NCBI GenBank assembly: GCA_016866975.1
Contig: VGKP01000008.1
Span: 1-36,803 of the forward strand
From: Candidatus Pacearchaeota archaeon
GTDB taxonomy: Archaea > Nanobdellota > Nanobdellia > Pacearchaeales > GW2011-AR1
DNA length: 36,803 nt
Direction: 5' to 3'
The notes beneath the pieces are model-generated. The model had not been told where the DNA came from. It made no database searches and saw only the letters and a program-made list of their open reading frames with translations. Of the stretch, positions 16,424 to 25,031 are shown piece after piece. Made by a program: the position numbers and the translations under genes. The stretch's first letter is position 1. Every line of letters starts with the position of its first letter.

Positions 16424-17431
16424 TTAGTTCTTTACTGTTTCAATGCTTTCTATTATTAACTTTAATGTGTAGAATAGAATCAGAGGACCAATGATTACAC
16501 CAAAGATTCCAAATATTGGGACGCCTCCAAGTATTCCTATCAGCATCACAAGAGGATTTATCTTCGCTTTATCTCCAATTATCTTGGCCACAAGGAGTCC
16601 ATCTATAATTATGCTGATTATCAGACCAGTTGTGGTGATTATAACTCCAGCATATATGTCCCCTATTGCAAAATTATATAGGGCCAGAGGTATCCAGACT
16701 AGACCAGGTCCAAGGAGAGGTATAAATGCGAAGATTGCTATAAAGAATGAGAACAAGATGAAATAGTTTGTTCCAGCTATCTTAAAACCAATCAGTGCAA
16801 CTATGAACTCAATTGCCGCTATAAGAAGATACCCTCTTACGATACTATCAGTGGCGTCTGCAATCTCCTTAGCAACTCTTTCTTTCTCCTTGAATGGCAA
16901 GTAGTATCGTAGAGCAGATGATAAAGATGACCAGTTAATGAGAATGTAGTAGGCGCCAACTAATGTTATAATCGTGCCTATGACGAAAGATGGCAGTCCT
17001 ATGATAATTTCTTTTATTACCGGCGCTATAATAAAGACTATCTGATTTTGCAATTCTTGTATGTCAAGATTAAGATAAGTTAAAGGCTTCCAAGATTGCA
17101 GGAACAATATCAATTGATCCATTGAGTCCGAGTTTATGGCTGAGAGTATCTCTTTTGCAAGGGTGCTTGTTAAATAGACTAGGGGAATAATCAATACAAG
17201 CAACGGCATTGCCAAAGCCAGAACTGCAGCAATGAACTTGTTCGTCTTACGAAGGAGAAGAAGATAAAGTGGCTGCATAAGGAATGCGAGCACAAAAGCA
17301 GATATCAAAGAGATAAAGAAGGGCTGGACAATCCGGAAAGATATAAAGAATAGAATGGCCATTACTGCCCAGAAGAAAATATGGTAGAGATGTTGTGGCA
17401 CCTTTTTTTCCATAATTAACCTATGGTGCAA
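16424..17431 (-). CDS. AI-2E (PerM/YhhT) family transporter
   Basis: About 330 aa polytopic. Motifs FIPLLGPGLVWIP and INPLVMLIGILGGVPIFGIFGVIIGP. Start may be 17413. Confidence 0.85.
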   Translation of the reverse strand: MHHRLIMEKKVPQHLYHIFFWAVMAILFFISFRIVQPFFISLISAFVLAFLMQPLYLLLLRKTNKFIAAVLALAMPLLVLIIPLVYLTSTLAKEILSAINSDSMDQLILFLQSWKPLTYLNLDIQELQNQIVFIIAPVIKEIIIGLPSFVIGTIITLVGAYYILINWSSLSSALRYYLPFKEKERVAKEIADATDSIVRGYLLIAAIEFIVALIGFKIAGTNYFILFSFFIAIFAFIPLLGPGLVWIPLALYNFAIGDIYAGVIITTTGLIISIIIDGLLVAKIIGDKAKINPLVMLIGILGGVPIFGIFGVIIGPLILFYTLKLIIESIETVKN

Positions 17432-17463
17432 ATATTAATAAATGTTGTTCTTTTTTCCAATAT

Positions 17464-18309
17464 ATGGAGTTGTTTCTTATCATCTTAACCCTGGCCTGGC
17501 TGATATTTGCAAGCATACAAGACCTTAGAACAAGAGAAGTGGCAAACTGGCTGACTTTCTCACTTATCGTATTTGCACTTATATACAAAGCATTTTATTC
17601 TGTAGCAAAAAATGAGTGGAGTCATTTTCTTTTGGCTTTGGCAGGATTTGGGCTTTTTTTCATCCTTGCACATATATTCTATTATGGAAAAGTTTTTGCG
17701 GGTGGAGATGCTAAGCTCCTTATGGGGATAGGGGCCTTGCTGCCTTTTGAAATATGGGGAGATTATTTTTATCTGACTACAACTTTCCTATTCTTTCTCT
17801 TCCTTTCAGGAGCAATCTATAGCTTGGTCTACAGCGCTCTTACTTCAGTAAAGATGAGCAAAAAATTCATTCCGGCTTTTGGGAAAAACTGGAGAAGATT
17901 CAGACTTATATGGCTCATCCCATTGATTTTCTCCATTTTTCTCTTTTTTGTGAAGCCATCTTTGGAAGCATGGTTCTTGATAAGTGCCTTCTTCTTTTTC
18001 TTGCCTTTAGCCTATATATACCTCAAGTCTTTTGAAGAAGAGTGTTTGATTGTTTTACTTTCTCCAAATAGACTTTATGAAGGGGATTGGCTTGAAAAAG
18101 ATGTCAAAATAGGTGGAAAACTCTTAAGGAAGAGCATTCATGGCCTCTCATCAAAAGATATTTCCTTTCTTAGAAGTAATGGGAAGAAAGTATGGATAAA
18201 ACAAGGAATACCATTTGTACCGGCATTCCTGATAGCATTCCTCATCATGGTATTCTTCGGGAGCGACGTATCAGAGGCAATTCAGGATTTGATTCTTTTT
18301 TTATCTTGA
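17464..18309 (+). CDS. Prepilin peptidase (aspartic A24, FlaK/PibD-like)
   Basis: Catalytic Asp motifs ASIQDLRTREV and FAGGDAKLL. C-terminal GIPFVPAF. Confidence 0.88.
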   Translation: MELFLIILTLAWLIFASIQDLRTREVANWLTFSLIVFALIYKAFYSVAKNEWSHFLLALAGFGLFFILAHIFYYGKVFAGGDAKLLMGIGALLPFEIWGDYFYLTTTFLFFLFLSGAIYSLVYSALTSVKMSKKFIPAFGKNWRRFRLIWLIPLIFSIFLFFVKPSLEAWFLISAFFFFLPLAYIYLKSFEEECLIVLLSPNRLYEGDWLEKDVKIGGKLLRKSIHGLSSKDISFLRSNGKKVWIKQGIPFVPAFLIAFLIMVFFGSDVSEAIQDLILFLS

Positions 18310-18871
18310 TTGGCTTTGGTTTCTCTTCTGGTTTTATCTTCTTGACAAGGGATTTCAAGTCATCCAAGGATGATTTTTTGCGAGGAGAGTTCAGGCTAAC
18401 GGGAGAGTCGTAAACTGGGAGGATATCTATAACTGCCTCTCCAAATTTTTCTTCAACTGGCATCTCAGTTGATTTTGCCTTGAGATTGTCTTTGAGCAGT
18501 TTTGCCACTTTTTGCGCAAGAGTGAAAGCTTCTGCTGGCAGCTTGTCGGGTGATTCTACAGCCTTCTTTGGAACTATAAGAGTATGGCCTTCTGAGACAG
18601 GATTTATTTCCAAAACTGCTATTGCTTCACTATTTTCTTCGATTACGACAGTCTCAAAGTCCTTATCGATCATCATCCTATAAGGGCTTTTCTGAGGGCT
18701 CCCGCTTTTACCTGCCTGTGATTTTTGCTGATTGAGCATAGACTCAATCGCTTCAGGGGACATAGAGTCTATCTGAACCTGGGCCTTAACTTTTTGGTCG
18801 GGTGGAAGATGCTGGATCTGCTGGGAAAGCTGAGCTTTTAACTCTTTTACTTCTTCAGGTGTCAATGTCAT
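18245..18871 (-). CDS. HIT-fold protein with degenerate histidine triad and N-terminal helical extension
   Basis: AIAVLEINPVSEGHTLIVPK is typical of HIT proteins. The HxHxH position reads EAVIDILP. Confidence 0.75.
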   Translation of the reverse strand: MTLTPEEVKELKAQLSQQIQHLPPDQKVKAQVQIDSMSPEAIESMLNQQKSQAGKSGSPQKSPYRMMIDKDFETVVIEENSEAIAVLEINPVSEGHTLIVPKKAVESPDKLPAEAFTLAQKVAKLLKDNLKAKSTEMPVEEKFGEAVIDILPVYDSPVSLNSPRKKSSLDDLKSLVKKIKPEEKPKPIKIKKESNPELPLIRRSRRIP

Positions 18872-18936
18872 GATGATTGAAAGAGAGACGGGTTTAAAGA
18901 ATTAATGGGGAGAGGTTTATAAACACTCGTAGAAAT

Positions 18937-18976
18937 CCTCTACCTTTAGGTAGAGGTTAAAACCCGAAGGGTTTTA
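18937..18976. repeat. Two adjacent perfect hairpins, intergenic
   Basis: CCTCTACCT-tt-AGGTAGAGG (18937-18956) and TAAAACCC-gaa-GGGTTTTA (18958-18976). Confidence 0.7.
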
Positions 18977-19117
18977 TGACTTATAACTTTTTTATGAATA
19001 TTGGGAGGGTAAATCTCTAAGTCAGAAAAAAGGAAAGAGATTTTGGAATGGCATATAGTATTATTTTGGGAACTGCTTTTTAGTTTGAGGCAAAACTTCT
19101 TACGAAAGGTATAAACT

Positions 19118-19552
19118 TTAAGAATTTTGAGAATGTATTTCTCTTGACATAATTTTTTCTGATAGTATCCTGAAAAATTCTATCAAAGTCGCTGCCCTTT
19201 CTTCTTGAATTGTATTTTTCTTTCTCTCTTCTTCTGCTTCATGGAGCTCTGAAATTATCATTTCAAGGCCTATAGATGCCTGATAGGTTGTCTCTTTTGG
19301 AGACATGTTTGTCAATGCATTCTTTGGAACGCTGTAGAAATTCATGATAGCATCAGTAAAGCTTTTACCGTATCTATTTTTCGGTAGGTCATGCCTATCA
19401 GAGATAATCCTCTTGAACCGGTTATAATGATATTCTAGACTCTGAATCGTCTTTTTTATGAGTCTGTATTCTCTAGGATCATTTCTTATGGTACTGCACA
19501 TTAAAATTAGGCTGTAGGCTGTCAGATCATCAAAAGCTAAAAATCCTTTCAT
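19118..19552 (-). CDS. Hypothetical protein, 144 aa
   Basis: ATG-started ORF, no motif recognised. Confidence 0.6.
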   Translation of the reverse strand: MKGFLAFDDLTAYSLILMCSTIRNDPREYRLIKKTIQSLEYHYNRFKRIISDRHDLPKNRYGKSFTDAIMNFYSVPKNALTNMSPKETTYQASIGLEMIISELHEAEEERKKNTIQEERAATLIEFFRILSEKIMSREIHSQNS

Positions 19553-19620
19553 TTGATTTATTGTCTATTCTATCTTAAAAATATACATCATCTGTGCAAA
19601 GTAGGAACAAAGAGCAGAAA

Positions 19621-19896
19621 TTATCCGAATGCCCTGCGATAATCTTCTATTGTGACTGAAGAAATGCCTGGGATTGTTGCAAGCCTGTTTTCCACAAGAT
19701 CCGTGCCTTTCTCTTCAGGCATGTCCATTTTCACTTTGAGCGCTTTTAAGCCAAAGGCAATTGGGACTTCTTCAAATGAGAGGTTCTTTGCACCTTCAGG
19801 AACGAGCAAGTCTTGAGCTTTTTTCTTTACTTCTTCGAGGCTGACTTCTAGAGACTCTGGCATGAGCTTAACAATGATTACGACTGTTGCTGGCAT
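19621..19896 (-). CDS. ef1b: Translation elongation factor aEF-1beta
   Basis: KLMPES...EEVPIAFGLKAL...GISSVTI, 91 aa. Confidence 0.93.
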   Translation of the reverse strand: MPATVVIIVKLMPESLEVSLEEVKKKAQDLLVPEGAKNLSFEEVPIAFGLKALKVKMDMPEEKGTDLVENRLATIPGISSVTIEDYRRAFG

Positions 19897-19926
19897 ACTC
19901 TTTTTTGATAAAGAGGCTATTTAAGT

Positions 19927-20142
19927 CTATCTTTTCTTGCCCGAAACTTTCTTCCGAGTACTAGCAATCAATGTTATCAACCCTAAAAAAACCACTATCA
20001 CTCCTTCCAGTATATGCATATAATGAGATTCATCACTAGAACCAAGGGCCTGATTGTGATATACATGGGGCAAAAAGAGCCAAATAAGCCCTATAAACAA
20101 CAAAACACTTCCGATGACATATAGGGTTCTCTCAATTTTCAT
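19927..20142 (-). CDS. Small 2-TM membrane protein, 71 aa
   Basis: Two hydrophobic segments flanking a His-rich loop. Confidence 0.65.
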   Translation of the reverse strand: MKIERTLYVIGSVLLFIGLIWLFLPHVYHNQALGSSDESHYMHILEGVIVVFLGLITLIASTRKKVSGKKR

Positions 20143-20173
20143 AAAAAAATAAATAAATTATTGTCTTGCAGGC

Positions 20174-20536
20174 TTATTCCTTAACAGCGTAAGCCACAAG
20201 AAGGGAGACGATACCGATCACTAAGTGAAGAACGGTGATGCTCTGGTTGATATTAAGAAGATCCATCAACATTTTGTCAACGCCTGGAATGAATCCGAGA
20301 ACGCCGAGAACAATTCCGATCCAACCGATTGAAAGGTTGTATCCCTTACCTTCACCCTTGATCCCTACCCAAATACCAAAGAGACCTGCGATCACGTGAA
20401 GGATGCTTTGGAAGAGGTTGACTCCAAAGAGATCTAGAATAGCTCCTTTCTGAGCAGGAAGGAAGAATCCCCAGAGTCCTATGATTAGGAGAACTATACC
20501 CAATACCAAAGCAAAGGTTTTTTGTACGTTAGCCAT
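20174..20536 (-). CDS. DUF4383-like 4-TM membrane protein
   Basis: GGAGGT SD before the ATG at 20536. Motifs LFGVNLFQSILHVIAG and TVLHLVIGIV. Confidence 0.7.
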   Translation of the reverse strand: MANVQKTFALVLGIVLLIIGLWGFFLPAQKGAILDLFGVNLFQSILHVIAGLFGIWVGIKGEGKGYNLSIGWIGIVLGVLGFIPGVDKMLMDLLNINQSITVLHLVIGIVSLLVAYAVKE

Positions 20537-20619
20537 AATACCTCCTTTCACTGTTATGATGTGCTTTCATTAGGCTGAGGGTGTATTTAAAGCTTATTTA
20601 TCACCTAGAGTTTCCGACT

Positions 20620-21891
20620 TTAGCTTATAAATACCTCCTCAAACCTCTCTAGTCTATCAGGTTTATTTTCTATCACAACAATCTCTCTGACAAGAGAGAT
20701 TGTAGATTTCTCTTTGAGATAAGCACAGCATTCTCCGATAGTCATAGACTTTCCAGACCGATACATCAAAAGCACGATGTGCCACCACACTCTGAAGAAT
20801 GTGGTTTGTTGCAGGCACTCGTGCTTTGGATGCTCAAGGAACAACTCCAGCTTAAAAGCTGGAGTTTTAGTCAAGTTCCTTGACATAAAAAGGCTCAGCA
20901 CTGCATAGGCCATGGTAGCAAGGATTGAATGTCGAACAATCCCTTCTCTTCTTGCGAAGAAAACCGTAGCAAAGCCAAGGTTTTGTTTTATGTCTCGATG
21001 GTACGTTTCTATTTTCCATCGCAGTTTATATGCGCTTATTATCTCAGCGGCATCATTGTCAATGTTAGTTGAAATAAGATGAGCTTTGCCAACAAGCTCA
21101 TCATCTTTGTTTGTCTGTTCTGATATGATCATCTTTACCGACGGTAGATTGTTCAGTATAACAATTGAAGACCACGTCTGATAAGTGTTGCCTTTAACAA
21201 CTGTTTCGTTCAATTTCTGAGAGTGGATTCTCTCAGAAATAAAAGATAAGGATTGCCATCTCCTTTTCTTGTGCAACTTTATCTTCCTGTTTGTCATTAT
21301 AGAACAAACAACTCTTGTCTTCATTTTGAGGCATTTTTTAATAAGTTCATGGTCTGAATACCAAGAGTCAAATAAAATCGTGTGAATCTTGATTTTTAAC
21401 GACGATAATCTATCAATCAAAGATTGAGCCATCTCAATCTTCGAGTCAGTATTTTTTGAATATAGCTCTGGGAAAATTGGTAATTGTAATAATGGAGTCC
21501 AAAGCAGAGCAGTAAAGAACTGATGTCCTTTAATTTGCTTTCCAGAATTATGGTCATGATGATACTGTGCTTCTTGCACGGTATCTCCATTCCTTTCAAC
21601 TAATGTATCGTCTATAATCAGATAAACTGGAGTATTCTTGAAGAGATACCTTGCTTTCTCCAAGTATCTCTTTGTAAGCATTTCTTGTTCACATTTTGCT
21701 TCTGTGATGGCATAATTCAGTTCAGATTGATGCCTTATTTCAGAGGAAGCCTCTGAAATTTTCTTTACAGTCTTATCCGCTAGTGAGATCAGGCCATTGA
21801 CATACTGAACGATGCATCTAAAGCTGCCTTTCGTAAACGCCTTCCTAGCAAACGCTAATATACTCTTTACCTCTTTTATAATCGGAAGCAT
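20620..21891 (-). CDS. IS701-like DDE transposase with 40-aa in-frame insert
   Basis: LIIDDT, ILFDSWY and YKLRWKIETYHRDIKQNLG (DDE with Y-x2-R-x3-E-x6-K signature). Confidence 0.9.
   Translation of the reverse strand: MLPIIKEVKSILAFARKAFTKGSFRCIVQYVNGLISLADKTVKKISEASSEIRHQSELNYAITEAKCEQEMLTKRYLEKARYLFKNTPVYLIIDDTLVERNGDTVQEAQYHHDHNSGKQIKGHQFFTALLWTPLLQLPIFPELYSKNTDSKIEMAQSLIDRLSSLKIKIHTILFDSWYSDHELIKKCLKMKTRVVCSIMTNRKIKLHKKRRWQSLSFISERIHSQKLNETVVKGNTYQTWSSIVILNNLPSVKMIISEQTNKDDELVGKAHLISTNIDNDAAEIISAYKLRWKIETYHRDIKQNLGFATVFFARREGIVRHSILATMAYAVLSLFMSRNLTKTPAFKLELFLEHPKHECLQQTTFFRVWWHIVLLMYRSGKSMTIGECCAYLKEKSTISLVREIVVIENKPDRLERFEEVFIS
20765..20886 (-). repeat. Palindromic AT-flanked element, copy E (120 nt + AT), in-frame in transposase
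   Basis: Encodes MSRNLTKTPAFKLELFLEHPKHECLQQTTFFRVWWHIVLL. Confidence 0.95.
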
Positions 21892-21898
21892 AATGTCG

Positions 21899-21920
21899 AG
21901 CCTCCCTGTAAAGGGAGGCT
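21899..21920 (-). promoter_or_regulatory. Perfect 9-bp hairpin covering the SD-like GGAGG of the transposase
   Basis: Minus strand reads AGCCTCCCT-ttac-AGGGAGGCT-cgacatt-ATG. Confidence 0.6.
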
Positions 21921-22007
21921 ATGCTTCTACAACTATTTTTAGATTTATTTAAAAAGGATTTTCGGAAACTCTAGTTATCACGCCGAGGAGAATGTTTGTA
22001 AAAATTT

Positions 22008-22715
22008 TTATGATGAAACGCCTGTAGGATATTTGAAGAATACTTTTTGGCCTTTTCTGAGAAAGGCTGGAGATTGCACAGGGTACTCGATGCGACATGC
22101 TATTCCTCGGTTTGATTTGGAATGTTCCGTGAATTTTGCGATTAGCAAAGGATTATTGTAATGGGCTGCTATGGCTGCTCCTGTGACTCCACAGCCTTGC
22201 TGCTCGACATGGTGGATAAGAGTTGCGAGAGGTGGGCGTGGAAGCTCGACTAATGCTTCGGGTGAAATGCAAAGATAGGTGCCGCGAGACAGCAGCGAGA
22301 GAGAATAGTTTGTTTTTCTATCTTGGTGTTCGATGAGAAGGTTCGCACCTAGAAGTTCAGGTGTTATTTCAACTCCCATTTTTTCCGAAAGTACCTGGCA
22401 ATCGTAAGGAGAAACTGCAAAGATTTGCCGTTGCTGCAGGATCTGTGTGCCTTTATGGTAGAGTGCGCGTTCTCTGCCTGTAGAGGAAGCAACACCACCG
22501 TGATGTCGATCTCCCTTGATACCTTCAATGGTGACTTCTAACGTATCGACTTCACGCGTTATTGAATAGGACATGATTTTAGCAATATTTCTTGGCTCGT
22601 TTGTGAAGAGGACTTTGGTGATGATGCCTACTTCTGGAATATTTGCAAGCAGTATCTCATCGAGTTTTGCTCTTTGTGCTTGGAGGTATTCGAAGCGGCT
22701 GTTATGGAAAAACAT
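22008..22715 (-). CDS. MOSC-domain protein
   Basis: GIKGDRH, RQIFAVS and ELLGANLLIE resemble MOSC consensus blocks. Confidence 0.6.
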   Translation of the reverse strand: MFFHNSRFEYLQAQRAKLDEILLANIPEVGIITKVLFTNEPRNIAKIMSYSITREVDTLEVTIEGIKGDRHHGGVASSTGRERALYHKGTQILQQRQIFAVSPYDCQVLSEKMGVEITPELLGANLLIEHQDRKTNYSLSLLSRGTYLCISPEALVELPRPPLATLIHHVEQQGCGVTGAAIAAHYNNPLLIAKFTEHSKSNRGIACRIEYPVQSPAFLRKGQKVFFKYPTGVSS

Positions 22716-22833
22716 GCTGCAATCACAGAGAAAGAGTATTTAAGGATTGAGGTTGCAATTGTTCTTTTCTCTGATAGCTTTTTGAGCAATATATTTCCAC
22801 AATTCTTTTAAAGCGTAAAACTCTGAGTGCATT

Positions 22834-23769
22834 ATGGATGGATACTCAAAATTGGTGGAAAGAGTTGCAACGGCTTCTGGACTACCAGTTGAAGAAATAG
22901 AAAGGAAGGTAGAGGCCAAAAGAGCTAAACTTTCAGGTCTTGTTTCTAAGGAAGGCGCGTGCCAGATTGTCGCTTCTGAACTAGGGATAAACTTTGATAA
23001 AGAAAGAATAAAGATATCTGAGCTTGTCGAAGGTATGAAAAGAGCAAATGTTTTGGGCAAGGTTTTCCAGGTATTTCCTGTAAGGACATATACTAAGGCA
23101 GGGAGAGAAGGCAAGGTAGCCAGCTTTATGATTGCTGATGAAGGAGGAAGCGTAAGGATAGTCTTGTGGGATGTTAATCACATCTCATTGGTCGAGCAAG
23201 GTAAGGTCCAGGAAGGAGAGGTAATAGAGATATCTCATGGAAGCGTCAGAAATGGTGAGTTGCATCTTTCATCTTTTGGAGACATAAAGATAAGCAAGGA
23301 ACAAATAGCGCAAGTAAAAGTTGAGAGGAATATTCTGGTCAAAAGCCTTAAAGATGCGAGACCTGGACAGAGCCTCAAGACCAGAGCAGTAGTAGTACAA
23401 GTCTTTGATCCAAGATATTTTGAAGTCTGCCCCGAATGCGGTAAGAAAGTTGTTGAAGAAGAGTGCGCCGTTCATGGGAAAGTCACCCCGCAAAGAAGAG
23501 CTTTGTTGAGTATAGTATTAGATGATGGGACAGAAACGATGAGGGCAGTTCTTTTCAGCGAGCAGATTAAGTCTCTCGGGATAGATGATGAAACTGTATT
23601 TTCTCTTGAAAAATTTGCTGAATATAAGAAGCATCTCCTTGGAGAGGAGAAGGTATTTTCTGGGACTGTCAAGAGTAATTCATTGTACAATACAATAGAT
23701 TTCACAATCCAAGGTGTGGAAGAAGTTGATCCTCAAACGCTTATCAAGGAACTTGAAGCTAAGGCTTAA
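22834..23769 (+). CDS. rpa: Replication protein A / ssDNA-binding protein (OB folds + Zn finger)
   Basis: GKVASFMIADEGGSVRIVLWD; CPECGKK...CAVHG; LDDGTETMRAVLF. Confidence 0.88.
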   Translation: MDGYSKLVERVATASGLPVEEIERKVEAKRAKLSGLVSKEGACQIVASELGINFDKERIKISELVEGMKRANVLGKVFQVFPVRTYTKAGREGKVASFMIADEGGSVRIVLWDVNHISLVEQGKVQEGEVIEISHGSVRNGELHLSSFGDIKISKEQIAQVKVERNILVKSLKDARPGQSLKTRAVVVQVFDPRYFEVCPECGKKVVEEECAVHGKVTPQRRALLSIVLDDGTETMRAVLFSEQIKSLGIDDETVFSLEKFAEYKKHLLGEEKVFSGTVKSNSLYNTIDFTIQGVEEVDPQTLIKELEAKA

Positions 23770-23803
23770 AAATATTTATAAAAACACACTAATTAATATT
23801 GCG

Positions 23804-24514
23804 ATGGGGTATGAGTATACTTATCTGATATTTGTCTTGCTTTTTGCTGCTTTGTGGATGATTCTTTATTTCTGGAGAAGAGATATACGTAGCGAGATGA
23901 CTTTTATGAGTGTGCTTTTTGGCTTTGCAGGTCCGATTGGAGAGACAGCGCATATACAGGACTGGTGGCAACCTCTTACAATAACAGGCACAAAAATAGG
24001 GCTGGAGGATTTTCTTATAGGTTTTTTCATAGGAGGAGTTGCAGCCTCAATATATGAAGAAGTATTCAAGAAAAAACTAAGACCCAGGAAAATATCTGAA
24101 AAAAGAGCCAAATTTGAAAATTATCACTTCATATTACATCTGGCATTATTTGGAGCATTATTCTTTGGCAGTTTCTATTTACTTGGAGTGCATTCTTTCT
24201 ATTCCTGCATCATAGCATTTGTATTTGGAATCTCTACAATATGGATACATAGGAAAGACCTAATACTTGATTCTTTGTTCAGTGGAGCTTTGATGCTTGT
24301 TATAGGATCAATATTATATTTTGTCTTGGAAATATTCACGCCAGGATTCATACGTGAACTGTGGTATCTGCCAGACTATTGGTTCTCTACATTGTTTTTA
24401 GGAATACCCATCGCGGAATATATAGGGTATTTTCTCGCAGGCGCATATATTGGGCCTTTATATGAGTTCTGGAAAGAGCGCAGAATAGCAGTCTTTAGGG
24501 GAAAAAGAAAATGA
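23804..24514 (+). CDS. Polytopic membrane protein, lycopene-cyclase-domain-like (internal two-fold repeat)
   Basis: Two halves ending in W...IGLEDFLIGF and W...GIPIAEYIGYF. ATG at 23804. Confidence 0.55.
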   Translation: MGYEYTYLIFVLLFAALWMILYFWRRDIRSEMTFMSVLFGFAGPIGETAHIQDWWQPLTITGTKIGLEDFLIGFFIGGVAASIYEEVFKKKLRPRKISEKRAKFENYHFILHLALFGALFFGSFYLLGVHSFYSCIIAFVFGISTIWIHRKDLILDSLFSGALMLVIGSILYFVLEIFTPGFIRELWYLPDYWFSTLFLGIPIAEYIGYFLAGAYIGPLYEFWKERRIAVFRGKRK

Positions 24515-24963
24515 TGTATCGTACTCATCTCGTATTTGCTTTATTCTTAGGGCTAATTTTCTTCCCTTACATGCAAGATAAGATATTTTTTATCCCTGTG
24601 CTGCTATTGAGCAGCATGCTGCCTGACATTGACTGCATGCATTCTAAATTGGGAAAACATTGGATATGGAGGCCATTGCAGTGGTGCATCAAACATCGAG
24701 GTGTTTTCCATAGCTTCACATTATGCTTATTAGCAGCATTGCTCATATCATTCACTTTTCCAGTCATAGCTTTTCCATTTTTTCTTGGATACGCTAGCCA
24801 TCTTTTTGGAGATGCAATGACAAATGAAGGAATAAGGCCTTGGTGGCCAACAAAAAAAGAATTAAAGGGATTTTTTAAGACTGGAGGCAAAGTCGAGAAA
24901 GTAGTATTTATATGCCTCTTAGTCGGATGCGCAGTGTTAGTACTAAAATTCTTAATCATTTAA
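24511..24963 (+). CDS. YdjM-like membrane-bound metal-dependent hydrolase
   Basis: YRTH, LPDID, HRGVFHS and GYASHLFGD motifs. Confidence 0.85.
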   Translation: MMYRTHLVFALFLGLIFFPYMQDKIFFIPVLLLSSMLPDIDCMHSKLGKHWIWRPLQWCIKHRGVFHSFTLCLLAALLISFTFPVIAFPFFLGYASHLFGDAMTNEGIRPWWPTKKELKGFFKTGGKVEKVVFICLLVGCAVLVLKFLII

Positions 24964-25031
24964 TTGTATCATTATACATTCTACTTTTCAGCACCATCAT
25001 CTTTATATATCACGCGGGATTTTTTGAGCTA

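Larger units (their letters stand above)
20605..21974 (-). mobile_element. Complete insertion sequence (IS701-like, DDE), 1370 bp including a 120-nt repeat insert
   Basis: Perfect 13-bp TIRs CTAGAGTTTCCGA (20605-20617) and TCGGAAACTCTAG (21962-21974). Flanking direct repeat TTATCAC at 20598-20604 and 21975-21981. Confidence 0.9.

Noticed and set aside
20605-21974. The IS701-like transposase as mobiliser of the 120-nt element (MITE relationship)
   Set aside because: The element shares no terminal sequence with the IS TIRs, lacks terminal inverted repeats, and has AT rather than 4-7-bp duplications.
24912-25031. 40-aa N-terminal extension of RadA in the ORF track
   Set aside because: It overlaps the upstream hydrolase gene and is not RadA-like. 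The ATG at 25032 fits better.
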